Shown here: positions 38,652-48,354 of the stretch, piece after piece
How the letters are laid out: each line of letters begins with the position of its first letter
How positions within the stretch are numbered: the stretch's first letter is position 1
Assembly: GCA_964357175.1 (NCBI GenBank)
Contig: CAYHJU010000002.1
Location: forward strand, 598 to 64,597
Direction of reading: 5' to 3'
DNA from: an uncultured Candidatus Saccharibacteria bacterium
Lineage (GTDB): Bacteria > Patescibacteriota > Minisyncoccia > GWC2-36-17 > CAYHJU01
DNA: 64,000 nt
Program-made: the position numbers and the translations under genes
Notes under the pieces: generated by a model
Seen by the model: the letters and a program-made list of their open reading frames with translations, nothing else
Database searches by the model: none
Told to the model about the DNA's origin: nothing

Positions 38652-39344
38652 CTACAGTATTTTTATTTTATATTCTGGATTTAGGCGATAACCATTGCCG
38701 TCACGACCAACAATAAGATCAGATACGCCGATCCGACTTTCTGCTTTTCCGTTTATTTCCAGTTTGGAATTCCTGATCGCTTGGGTAGTAGTGCCAACCA
38801 TTTCGGCCAATTCAGCCGTCTTAACGAAACCCTTGGCCGAGCATAAAACTTTTATTAGTTTCTCTCGCATTTTCTCTTTGCTCATTGGGTAGCATTTTTG
38901 TTTATTGGATTCCAAATATAAATCACCGTCCGGTGAGAGGCAAAGCAGAATTCGCTTGTCTTTAGATGTTTTTTGTTTGGACCGTATCTTTTGGCTCTGG
39001 TCGTAGAAACCTTTAGCCATTTCTCGGCCAATCTGAGCTAGGCTTTGCTTGCTCAATTCTTTTAATTCATTTTTTAAATCGGCGATAGTCTTATTGGTTT
39101 CTTTTTTGTAATTATCAAACGAGGCTTCGGTTTTATTTAATCTATCTTTTAATTCGGCAAATTCAGTATCATGTTTGTTTACGATCTCGTCCGGATTCTG
39201 AATGCCATTGTTTTTTAAAGCAGTTACAACAATATTTTTAACTACACCCAACGAGAAATGATAGGTAGTGTTTACTCCCACAGACTGCTTGATATTGAAT
39301 TTATGTTTGGTGGTCAAAGTGACCTTTTTCATTTTCATAGTCAT
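38652..39344 (-). CDS. Coiled-coil plus C-terminal winged-helix protein
   Basis: TAELAEMVGTTTQAIRN...GNGYRLNP. Confidence 0.6.
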   Translation of the reverse strand: MTMKMKKVTLTTKHKFNIKQSVGVNTTYHFSLGVVKNIVVTALKNNGIQNPDEIVNKHDTEFAELKDRLNKTEASFDNYKKETNKTIADLKNELKELSKQSLAQIGREMAKGFYDQSQKIRSKQKTSKDKRILLCLSPDGDLYLESNKQKCYPMSKEKMREKLIKVLCSAKGFVKTAELAEMVGTTTQAIRNSKLEINGKAESRIGVSDLIVGRDGNGYRLNPEYKIKIL

Positions 39345-39485
39345 ATTTTTACTGGATGTAAGCTTAATCCTTACTCCCAGTGCATTTTTTAGTGAATGGG
39401 ACCCATTTTATGCCATCCATTCACTAATCTTTGGATGTTTGCGGACATAATCGCATATAGATTGGCTATATCTGATTATTAAGGC

Positions 39486-39514
39486 TTGCATCAAAATACA
39501 TTATAGCATATAAT
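39486..39514 (+). promoter_or_regulatory. sigma70 promoter of the defence operon
   Basis: TTGCAT-17-TATAAT; small palindrome aacatt-ttttgt-aatgtt downstream. Confidence 0.7.
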
Positions 39515-39563
39515 ATAAACTATACATAACATTTTTTGTAATGTTCTAAATTTAAGGAAAACT

Positions 39564-40160
39564 ATGGCCAAAATAGATATCATGAATTCAATACTTCGGT
39601 CAAAGCAAACGGTTTTTACTTTTAAAGAGGTAAACCTGCTTACTGATGGCCAAACTAGTCCTGCTTTGATGTATCGCCGAATAAGTTACTACATTAAAAA
39701 GGGTGCTCTCATCTCTCTCCGCCGTGGTGTTTACGCTAAAGATAAAAATTACGATAAGTTTGAGCTCGGAAATAAAATCTTTATCCCATCTTATATCAGT
39801 TTTGAAACCGTGCTTGCCAAAGCCGGAGTCGTTTTCCAGTTTTACGGACAAATTTTTGTCGCTACATATTTAACACGGGAGGTTAAAATTGGTGATCAGC
39901 TTTATTCTTATAAAAAAATTAAGAATCAAGTACTGGAACGAACAGACCACCCCACCGGAATTGAACATCGTGGTACATATTCCATCGCTACTCCGGAGCG
40001 TGCCTTTTTAGATGTTGTTTACCTTTCCAAAGATTATCACTTTGATAATTTATCGGCTTTGAATTGGGAAAAGGTTTTTGAAATTTTACCGATTTACGAA
40101 AACAAACAGATGGAAGAACGGGTTAAAAAGTATTACGAGTATTATCGGGAAAACCGGTAG
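39564..40160 (+). CDS. AbiEi-like (type IV TA antitoxin) transcriptional regulator
   Basis: LRRGVY, PSYISFETVL...G, IATPERAFLD. Confidence 0.8.
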   Translation: MAKIDIMNSILRSKQTVFTFKEVNLLTDGQTSPALMYRRISYYIKKGALISLRRGVYAKDKNYDKFELGNKIFIPSYISFETVLAKAGVVFQFYGQIFVATYLTREVKIGDQLYSYKKIKNQVLERTDHPTGIEHRGTYSIATPERAFLDVVYLSKDYHFDNLSALNWEKVFEILPIYENKQMEERVKKYYEYYRENR

Positions 40161-40188
40161 CCACCAAAAACATAATTATGACTATGAT

Positions 40189-43137
40189 ATGAAAATTACA
40201 GACCACCAAGCAAAATATTTCGCCTATGAATTGACCAAGCGTTGTGCTTCGGATAGTTTAGAGAAATTATCATCTACACTTTCTAACGCTCAAGTTGATC
40301 TTAATCCTCATCAGATTGAGGCGGCACTTTTTGCTTTTCGCTCGCCCCTTTCTAAGGGTGCGATATTGGCTGACGAGGTTGGTCTTGGAAAAACCATTGA
40401 GGCCGGACTGGTGCTCTCGCAAAAATGGGCGGAAAGGAAAAGAAAGATTTTATTGATCGTGCCATCGAGCCTACGCAAACAGTGGAATTCTGAACTTCAA
40501 GAAAAATTCTTTTTGCCGTCCATTATTTTAGAAACAAAATCTTTTAATCAATATATCAACGCCGGTAATTTAAACCCGTTTGAACAAGAAAATACTATAA
40601 TCATTTGCTCTTACCATTTTGCTCGAGCAAAAGCCCCATACATAAAAAAGGTTAAATGGGATTTGACGGTAATCGATGAAGCCCATCGCCTCCGCAATAT
40701 TTATAAAACCAGCAATAAAATTGCTAGGGATATCAAAGAGGCGTTATCCGAATCTCCCAAGATTCTCTTAACCGCTACGCCACTGCAAAATTCGCTACTT
40801 GAGCTTTACGGTCTTGTTAGTATTATTGACGACCATGTTTTTGGCGATCTAACCAGTTTTAAAGTTAACTACGCTCGGCTTTCTCGCGAGCAGGATGTCT
40901 ACGAAGGCGAGCTTGGCATGGTTGAACCTCGCCAAGAAATGTTTACTGATCTGAGAAATAGATTAAAACCAGTTTGTATTCGCACACTTCGAAGACAGGT
41001 TTTGGAATATATAAAATACACCAAGCGTATTCCGCTCACGCAGAACTATATTCCGACTGAACAGGAAATTGAGCTTTATGAGGGCATGTCCGGCTATTTA
41101 CAAAGACCGAAGCTTTTTGCTTTGCCTAATAGCCAAAGACAACTTATAACTTTAATACTCCGCAAGCTACTCGCTTCATCGTCTTTTGCAATTGCCAGCA
41201 CGCTTGATGGTTTGGTTTTTAAACTTGGCAAGCTTACGGAAAAAGCGGAGAAACAAAAAATCGTGGAAGAAATTGGTGTAGAAGGTCTTGATCAAAACTT
41301 TGAAGGCTTTGAGGAAATATCTGATGAATGGATTGATGACGAAGAGGACGACAGTGACGATAAGGATACTAAAGATAAGAAAGTAAAATATACCGACGAA
41401 GATATTGAGCTGATGAAGCAGGAAAAAATTGACCTGGAACACTTTCGTGATTTGGCAAAAAGTATTTGGAAAAATTCCAAAGGAGATGCTTTACTAACGG
41501 CCATTAAGCAAGGTTTTAAAATGACGGAAGAATTGGGGGCTAAGAAAAAAGCTATCATCTTTACCGAATCCACGATTACTCAAAATTATCTCTTGAAGTT
41601 ACTTTCCGATGACGGATATCAGGATAAGATTGTTTTATTTAACGGCTCAAACAACGACGAGAAATCAAAACAGGTCTATTCCGCTTGGGTAAAGGCCAAT
41701 AAAGATACGGATAAAATTACCGGCTCAAAGACAGCCGATATGCGTGCGGCCTTGGTGGAATATTTCCGAGACGAGGCTGAAATTATGATCGCTACCGAAG
41801 CGGCGGCCGAAGGTGTAAACCTGCAATTTTGTTCTCTTTTGATTAACTACGATCTCCCCTGGAATCCACAACGCATCGAACAGCGTATTGGTCGCTGTCA
41901 TCGTTATGGTCAAAAACATGATGTGGTGGTGATTAACTTTGTAAACTTAAAAAACGCAGCTGACCAGCGTGTCTATGAATTGCTGGATCAAAAGTTTAAT
42001 TTATTTAAAGGTGTTTTTGGTGCGAGCGACGAAGTGCTTGGCAACATAGAGTCTGGTGTTGATTTTGAAAAGCGAATTGCCGGTATTTATCAAACTTGCC
42101 GAACCGAGGATGAAATCAACGGGGCTTTTGATTCCTTGCAAAAAGAGATGGACACTACCATTCAAAGCAATCTCAAAGATACTCGCCAAAAATTGCTGGA
42201 AAACTTTGATGCCGAAGTCCACGAAAAGTTAAAGATGAATCTCAAGGAGAGCGAAACTTATTTAAATACCTATAATCAATGGCTTTGGGATGTTACCAGA
42301 TTTTATCTTGGTGACAATGCTGATTTTTCCGAACATGAGTATTCTTTTGTGCTCAAGAATAATCCCTTTTCCAATGAGCAAATAGACCCGGGACCGTACA
42401 AGATTGGCAAAAGCGTTGATGATGCCCATATCTATCGCCCCGCTCATTCTTTAGCACAAAGAATTTTAAACGAGGTAAAAACAAAGAACACCGAAGAAGT
42501 GGAGATTGTTTTTGATTATTCCAACACACCCGGAATTGTTTCCGTGCTTGAACCGCTGGTTGGTAAAAGTGGAATACTTAAGGTTTCTAATTATAAAGTG
42601 GAATCTTTTGAAGAAGAGGATATCGTGATAGCAACGGCAGTTGACGACGCCGGTGAAGTGGTAGATTCGGAAGTAGCTAAAAAACTATTTTCTATTTCCG
42701 CTCAAAAGACAGATAAAGCCGTGATCACCAAAGAACAAAAAGAAAAACTGGAAGAGCTGGAAAGCGGATCGGTTGGTCTAACCTCCCAGAGAATTGCCGA
42801 ACGCAATAGCGACTTTTTTGATAATGAAGTAGACAAGCTTGATAAATGGGCCGAGGATATGAAAAAGGCTCTTGAGCTTGATCTGAAAAAACTCGATGTT
42901 GATATTAAAATTTCTAAGACCAATGCCAAGAAAATTCTCAATCTTGATGAAAAACTGAAAGCTCAACGCGGTATCAAAGATATGGAAAAGAAACGCAATG
43001 AGATGCGTAAAAAATTATACGAAGCACAGGATACCGTAGAAGGCCGAAAGGAAAAGCTTATTGAGCAAGTCGAATCTCAATTGAAACAGAAATCAAAACT
43101 TGAGTCGTTGTTTACGATTCGGTGGAGGGTGGTTTAA
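40189..43137 (+). CDS. SNF2-family helicase (likely start ATG 40189)
   Basis: ILADEVGLGKT, DEAH, LTATP, EGVNLQ, DLPWNP.RIEQRIGRCHRYGQ. Confidence 0.92.
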   Translation: MKITDHQAKYFAYELTKRCASDSLEKLSSTLSNAQVDLNPHQIEAALFAFRSPLSKGAILADEVGLGKTIEAGLVLSQKWAERKRKILLIVPSSLRKQWNSELQEKFFLPSIILETKSFNQYINAGNLNPFEQENTIIICSYHFARAKAPYIKKVKWDLTVIDEAHRLRNIYKTSNKIARDIKEALSESPKILLTATPLQNSLLELYGLVSIIDDHVFGDLTSFKVNYARLSREQDVYEGELGMVEPRQEMFTDLRNRLKPVCIRTLRRQVLEYIKYTKRIPLTQNYIPTEQEIELYEGMSGYLQRPKLFALPNSQRQLITLILRKLLASSSFAIASTLDGLVFKLGKLTEKAEKQKIVEEIGVEGLDQNFEGFEEISDEWIDDEEDDSDDKDTKDKKVKYTDEDIELMKQEKIDLEHFRDLAKSIWKNSKGDALLTAIKQGFKMTEELGAKKKAIIFTESTITQNYLLKLLSDDGYQDKIVLFNGSNNDEKSKQVYSAWVKANKDTDKITGSKTADMRAALVEYFRDEAEIMIATEAAAEGVNLQFCSLLINYDLPWNPQRIEQRIGRCHRYGQKHDVVVINFVNLKNAADQRVYELLDQKFNLFKGVFGASDEVLGNIESGVDFEKRIAGIYQTCRTEDEINGAFDSLQKEMDTTIQSNLKDTRQKLLENFDAEVHEKLKMNLKESETYLNTYNQWLWDVTRFYLGDNADFSEHEYSFVLKNNPFSNEQIDPGPYKIGKSVDDAHIYRPAHSLAQRILNEVKTKNTEEVEIVFDYSNTPGIVSVLEPLVGKSGILKVSNYKVESFEEEDIVIATAVDDAGEVVDSEVAKKLFSISAQKTDKAVITKEQKEKLEELESGSVGLTSQRIAERNSDFFDNEVDKLDKWAEDMKKALELDLKKLDVDIKISKTNAKKILNLDEKLKAQRGIKDMEKKRNEMRKKLYEAQDTVEGRKEKLIEQVESQLKQKSKLESLFTIRWRVV

Positions 43138-43229
43138 GGTTTTCAGTTATTTCCAAAATGGAAATAACTGAGTTGTCCGGAAATTCCGGAATACTGATAA
43201 AATAATTAACATTAATTAACTTAAAAAAT

Positions 43230-44069
43230 ATGTCATCAGAAAACAATAAACTTATAGCAATTTTTGAAGAACATCCCGTCCGCCGTACTTGGGATGAAAA
43301 GCAAGAAAAATGGTATTTTAGTGTGATTGATATTATTGCTATTTTAACTGGCAGCTCAATCCCCAAAAGATACTGGGCAGATTTAAAAAAGAAGCTAAAA
43401 ACAGAAGGTAGTCAGGTGTACGAAAATATCGTACAACTGAAATTATTAGCTAAAGATGGCAAAAAGTACCTTGCCGATGTGGCCGATGTTGAAGCTATTT
43501 TTCGTCTTGTCCAATCCGTACCCTCTCCCAAGGCCGAACCTCTCAAATTATGGCTGGCTAAAGTCGGTTATGAAAGAATGCAGGAAACTGTTGATCCAGA
43601 GTTATCAATTAGTCGTGGTCGCAAGAATTGGCAATTGATGGGAAGAAGTCAAAAATGGGTTGAGCAAAGAATGTTAAGCGTGGAAACAAGAAATAAATTG
43701 ACTGATTACTGGTCTGATCACGGGATAGAAAAAGGTGAAGAATTTGCCAAGCTTACAAATGTTATTCATCAAGAATGGAGCGGTCTTTCAGTAAAGAGCC
43801 ATAAAAATATTAAGAAACTGAAGTCTCAGAATTTGCGTGATCATATGAGTGAGGCTGAATTAATCTTTACCGCTTTGGCGGAACTTTCTACGAGACAGAT
43901 TTCCGAAACAGAAAAAGCGGAAGGATATGGGCAGAACGAGGTGGCCGCTCGAAAGGGTGGAAAAATTTCCGGTAATGCGCGTGAAGCGTTGGAACAGCAA
44001 ACCGGTAAAAAGGTCGTTAACTCTGATAATTATTTACCGAATAAAAAAGAGCCAAAGAAATTAAAATAA
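43230..44069 (+). CDS. Bro-N domain (antirepressor-like) protein
   Basis: VRRTWD...WYFSVIDII, RLVQSVPSPKAEPLKLWLA, NLRDHMSEAEL. Confidence 0.85.
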   Translation: MSSENNKLIAIFEEHPVRRTWDEKQEKWYFSVIDIIAILTGSSIPKRYWADLKKKLKTEGSQVYENIVQLKLLAKDGKKYLADVADVEAIFRLVQSVPSPKAEPLKLWLAKVGYERMQETVDPELSISRGRKNWQLMGRSQKWVEQRMLSVETRNKLTDYWSDHGIEKGEEFAKLTNVIHQEWSGLSVKSHKNIKKLKSQNLRDHMSEAELIFTALAELSTRQISETEKAEGYGQNEVAARKGGKISGNAREALEQQTGKKVVNSDNYLPNKKEPKKLK

Positions 44070-44070
44070 T

Positions 44071-45699
44071 ATGACTAATAAAAAGCAAAAACTAGAGTTA
44101 ACTTGGATCGGCAAGGACGAGGAATTAAAACTCGAGCCAAGGATTTTGATTGAGGACCCAAGCAAGTCCTATGGTGATAAGTCTTCCGAGAATATGCTTA
44201 TTCACGGCGACAACCTCCTTGCGCTCAAAGCTCTTGAGCAAGACTTTGCCGGCCGAATAAAATGTATCTACATCGATCCGCCGTATAATACCGGGAATGC
44301 ATTTGAACACTATGATGACGGAATTGAACATTCCACTTGGCTCAATTTAATAAAACCAAGATTAGAGATTTTAAAAAACCTATTAACAAAAGATGGAGTA
44401 ATATTTATATCTATTGACGAAGAAGAACAGGCGTATTTAAAGGTTCTTTGTGATGAAGTCTTTGAGAGAAAAAACTTTTGTGGAACGTTTATTTGGGAAA
44501 AAAAGAAAAAGCCATCGTTTCTCTCAAATATGGGTTCGATCACAGAGTTTATCTTATCGTATGCAAAAAATAAAACGTTAGCACCAAATTTCATTTATGG
44601 TGAGACGACGAAGAATAAAAAGTATCCTATCAACAATGCCGGGAATGGTGTAAGAATTTTAAAGTTTAAAGCCGGATCAGTTAACTTTAATATTAAAGAT
44701 GGTTTTATCGAGCCACAGGATATGTCGTCAGGAAATATTTTGACCAAATTATTGGATAGAGTTGAAATACGAAATGCTAAAAACGTTAGTGATTTTAGTC
44801 TTGAGGGTGAATGGCGATATTCTCAAACCAAACTTGATGAACTTATTGAAAGTAACGAGAAAATTTTAATTAGCCAAATTCCTTTTAGACCAAACCACAT
44901 AAAAACTGGCGGAGAGCCTAAGAAAATGAAGAATCTTTTAAGCATCGCTCATTATGATATGGCGACATATGAAGATTCAACGGCGGAGAGTATTAAAATT
45001 TTTGGTGACAATCCATTTGATTACCCTAAGCCTGAAAAATTATTGTATACACTTATTTCATCTGTTACTTCTGAAAATGATTTTGTTCTAGATAGTTTTC
45101 TCGGTTCAGGAACTACCGTCGCCGTAGCTCAGAAAATGGGAAGAAAATATATAGGAGTTGAACTCGGCAACCATGCTTATACGCACTGCGTTCCGAGACT
45201 CAAAAAAGTTATTGACGGCACTGATGGCCTTAAACTTTCGGAAGAGCTTGGATGGACAGGTGGAGGTGGATTCAAGTTTTATAATCTTGCCTCAAGCCTG
45301 CTTCGCAAAGATTCTTTCGGCAACTTCGTGATTGATGAAAACTATAATGCCAATATGTTGGCGGCCGCTATGTGTAAGCACGAGGGCTTTAAGTTTTATC
45401 CGGACGAGACGCTTTACTGGAAACACGGCAAATCCACCGAGACGGATTTCATTTTCGTCACTACCGGCTTTATCACTGCCGAGCAATTGGATAAAGTTCA
45501 CAGTGAGATGAAAGCTGGCGAGAGCTTGCTTATTTGCGCTAAAGCCTATGCCCCAGAATGCGAAAACCATTTTGCCAATATAACTATCAAGAAAATTCCG
45601 CAAATGATCCTCGGTCGATGCGAGTTTGGCAAAGATAATTATGATCTCAATATTATTAAAGCCACCGAAGCGGAAGCCGAGGAATCTAACGAAGAATAA
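44071..45699 (+). CDS. mod: Type III R-M DNA methyltransferase (Mod)
   Basis: GDNLLAL, IYIDPPYNTG, PKPEKL, LDSFLGSGTT, GGGFKF. Confidence 0.92.
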   Translation: MTNKKQKLELTWIGKDEELKLEPRILIEDPSKSYGDKSSENMLIHGDNLLALKALEQDFAGRIKCIYIDPPYNTGNAFEHYDDGIEHSTWLNLIKPRLEILKNLLTKDGVIFISIDEEEQAYLKVLCDEVFERKNFCGTFIWEKKKKPSFLSNMGSITEFILSYAKNKTLAPNFIYGETTKNKKYPINNAGNGVRILKFKAGSVNFNIKDGFIEPQDMSSGNILTKLLDRVEIRNAKNVSDFSLEGEWRYSQTKLDELIESNEKILISQIPFRPNHIKTGGEPKKMKNLLSIAHYDMATYEDSTAESIKIFGDNPFDYPKPEKLLYTLISSVTSENDFVLDSFLGSGTTVAVAQKMGRKYIGVELGNHAYTHCVPRLKKVIDGTDGLKLSEELGWTGGGGFKFYNLASSLLRKDSFGNFVIDENYNANMLAAAMCKHEGFKFYPDETLYWKHGKSTETDFIFVTTGFITAEQLDKVHSEMKAGESLLICAKAYAPECENHFANITIKKIPQMILGRCEFGKDNYDLNIIKATEAEAEESNEE

Positions 45700-45700
45700 T

Positions 45701-48352
45701 ATGAACACCAAAGCACAAGCAATTAAAAATCGTTTAAGCCTCCGCAAACCGCAAGCGGATAGTTTGGAAATTATAGAAAAACTGGCTGATGTCTTGGAAT
45801 TGAAAAAGAATGTTGATCCAGCTGGCGAGTTAGCTAAAATTCGAGCCTTATATCCGACTTGTTCTGATTTTGAACGAGACTTTCCCTCGGTTTGTTTTTC
45901 TCTGGCCACCGGCGTGGGTAAAACTCGCCTGATGGGTGCGTTTATTTCTTATCTTTATGTTGCCAAAGGTATAAAGAATTATTTTGTTCTAGCTCCCAAC
46001 CTCACGATTTATAATAAGCTCATTGACGATCTTTCCAATCTGCAAAGTCCGAAGTATGTGTTTCGTGGTATCAGTGAGTTTGCCGTTACCCCACCGCGTA
46101 TCATCACGGGCGATAATTATGCCGAAGCACGACAAAGCACGCTGTTTAAAGAAACGGTAAAGATAAATATTTTCAATATTTCCAAAATCAATTCCGAAGT
46201 CCGAGGAGGCCGTGAACCGAGAATCAAACGGCTTTCCGAATATCTTGGTGAGTCTTATTTCAACTATCTTTCCGAATTACCAGACTTGGTTTTGCTTATG
46301 GACGAATCGCATCATTATCGGGCAGACTCCGGACTAAAAGCGATTAATGAATTAAAGCCGATTTTAGGTTTAGAGCTTACTGCTACCCCGATTGATACGC
46401 ACAACAATAAATTTAAAAATGTTGTTTTTGATTATCCTTTGGCCAAAGCTTTGCAAGATGGTTTTGTAAAAGAACCGGCTATTGCGACTAGACGAGATTT
46501 TAACCCCGATCAATATCGCAATGATCCGAAAGAATTGGATTTGATAAAACTTGAGGATGGCGTGCGAATCCATGAAGACACCAAAGTAGCTTTGGATATT
46601 TATTCTCGCGATACCAATAATCGTTTGGTTCGCCCGTTTGTCTTGGTAGTGGCGAGAGATACAGATCATGCCAAAGAAATTCGGGAAATGATAGAGTCCG
46701 AAAGATTTTTTGAAGGACGCTACAAAGGCAAGGTCATGGAAATCCATTCTAATCAGCGAGGCGAAGAGAAAGAGGAAAATGTCCAGAGATTGTTGGATTT
46801 GGAAAAACCAGAAAATCCGATTGAAATTGTTGTGCATGTAAATATGCTCAAGGAAGGCTGGGATGTTACCAATCTTTACACCATTATTCCTTTGCGTGCG
46901 GCGAACTCCCAGATTCTTACTGAACAAACTATCGGCCGTGGCTTGCGCTTGCCTTATGGCGTGCGAACCGGTGTTGAAAAGGTGGACAAGCTCACTATCA
47001 TCGCCCACGATCGTTTCCAGTCCATCATTGACGCGGCCAATGATCCTAACTCTATAATCCGACAGGAAAATATTATTGAAATTGACCCGAACGCTTTGCC
47101 TGAAGCACAGGAAGTTATTACCGCTTCTTCGGTAACGGACGAAGCCTTTGCTCTTAAGCGTCAGGAAGTGGCGACTATCACAAACGAAGTGGACCGACAA
47201 AAGGCTGGCTTGGTTTTGGAAGCCGAGCAGTTGATCACTGAAGCTGTGAATGCCCTTGGTGCGAGCGTGAAAAATATCAATGACTTGAATAGCGACGAGA
47301 TTCGCAAACTGGCTTTTGAAAAAATAGTCACAAGTATTGAAAGCAACCCGCAACAAAATTTGTTTAAGTCGGCCATTGTTGAAGCGGCCAAACAAGAATA
47401 CGAGTCAGTCGTTTCTGAATTGATTGATAAGACAATCCCGATTCCGCGTGTGCTTATCCAACAAAAACACGATGTTAAATCCGGCTTTAAAGATTTTGAT
47501 CTTGATGTTGCCGGTCTTAATTACCAGCCAGTATCGGAAGAGATTATCCGCCGTACCTTGCGTACCAACGAAAGCGAAATCTTGCAAAGCGAAAGTTCCG
47601 GAGTAGAGCGTGATACTCCTGAGAACATTTTAGTGAACGAATTGATTAACTATCCGGAGGTGGATTATGATCGTGAGTCCGAGTTGTTGTACAAGCTGGC
47701 CAAACAAGCTATCGCTAAGCTTGGCAATGCCCGAAGCGAGGAAGATTTGGAAAATATTGTGCTTTATCATAAGCGAGAAATCGGCAAGTATATTTATGCT
47801 CAACTGCAACAGCATTTTTATTTGGAAAGTTCCGGCTTTGAAGAACCGTTGGTTTATCCTTTTGATCGGATAAAACCCCATAACTTTTCCAAGTACACAG
47901 CCGATAGCGTTCACCACTATACCGAGACGATCACGCCGACAAACACTATTCCCTCAAAAGTATTCAGCGGATTCAAAAAAGCCTGTCACAATCTGTACAA
48001 GTTTGATTCTAAATCTGAAAAAGATTTTGCCGCTATTTTGGAAAAGGATACGGATGTATTGAAGTGGCTCCGCCCGGCCGATTCGCAGTTCGAGCTTTAT
48101 TGGAAGTACAATTCAAAACGCTATCACCCCGACTTTGTGGTAGAGACCGCCGACACGATCTTTATGGTCGAGATTAAGGCAGAGAAAGATATTGATGATA
48201 CGGAAGTTCAAGAGAAAGCCGAGGCTGGTAAGAAATATTGCGAATCCGCTACGGTATTTAATCTAGCCAACGGAGGCAAGCAGTGGGTCTATGTTCTTAT
48301 TCCGCATACGGCTGTCGCACCGAACATGAGCTTAAAGGGGTTGTGTAAATAA
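45701..48352 (+). CDS. res: Type III R-M restriction subunit (Res; start ATG 45701)
   Basis: LATGVGKT, DESHH, TATP, LKEGWDV, QTIGRGLR, C-terminal YHPDFVVE...VEIK nuclease. Confidence 0.9.
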   Translation: MNTKAQAIKNRLSLRKPQADSLEIIEKLADVLELKKNVDPAGELAKIRALYPTCSDFERDFPSVCFSLATGVGKTRLMGAFISYLYVAKGIKNYFVLAPNLTIYNKLIDDLSNLQSPKYVFRGISEFAVTPPRIITGDNYAEARQSTLFKETVKINIFNISKINSEVRGGREPRIKRLSEYLGESYFNYLSELPDLVLLMDESHHYRADSGLKAINELKPILGLELTATPIDTHNNKFKNVVFDYPLAKALQDGFVKEPAIATRRDFNPDQYRNDPKELDLIKLEDGVRIHEDTKVALDIYSRDTNNRLVRPFVLVVARDTDHAKEIREMIESERFFEGRYKGKVMEIHSNQRGEEKEENVQRLLDLEKPENPIEIVVHVNMLKEGWDVTNLYTIIPLRAANSQILTEQTIGRGLRLPYGVRTGVEKVDKLTIIAHDRFQSIIDAANDPNSIIRQENIIEIDPNALPEAQEVITASSVTDEAFALKRQEVATITNEVDRQKAGLVLEAEQLITEAVNALGASVKNINDLNSDEIRKLAFEKIVTSIESNPQQNLFKSAIVEAAKQEYESVVSELIDKTIPIPRVLIQQKHDVKSGFKDFDLDVAGLNYQPVSEEIIRRTLRTNESEILQSESSGVERDTPENILVNELINYPEVDYDRESELLYKLAKQAIAKLGNARSEEDLENIVLYHKREIGKYIYAQLQQHFYLESSGFEEPLVYPFDRIKPHNFSKYTADSVHHYTETITPTNTIPSKVFSGFKKACHNLYKFDSKSEKDFAAILEKDTDVLKWLRPADSQFELYWKYNSKRYHPDFVVETADTIFMVEIKAEKDIDDTEVQEKAEAGKKYCESATVFNLANGGKQWVYVLIPHTAVAPNMSLKGLCK

Positions 48353-48354
48353 AT

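Noticed and set aside
46370-47395. 341-aa antisense ORF (also 45292-45909, 56635-57258, 60641-61084 and other short overlapping ORFs)
   Set aside because: Shadow frames of well-supported genes, with no recognisable motifs
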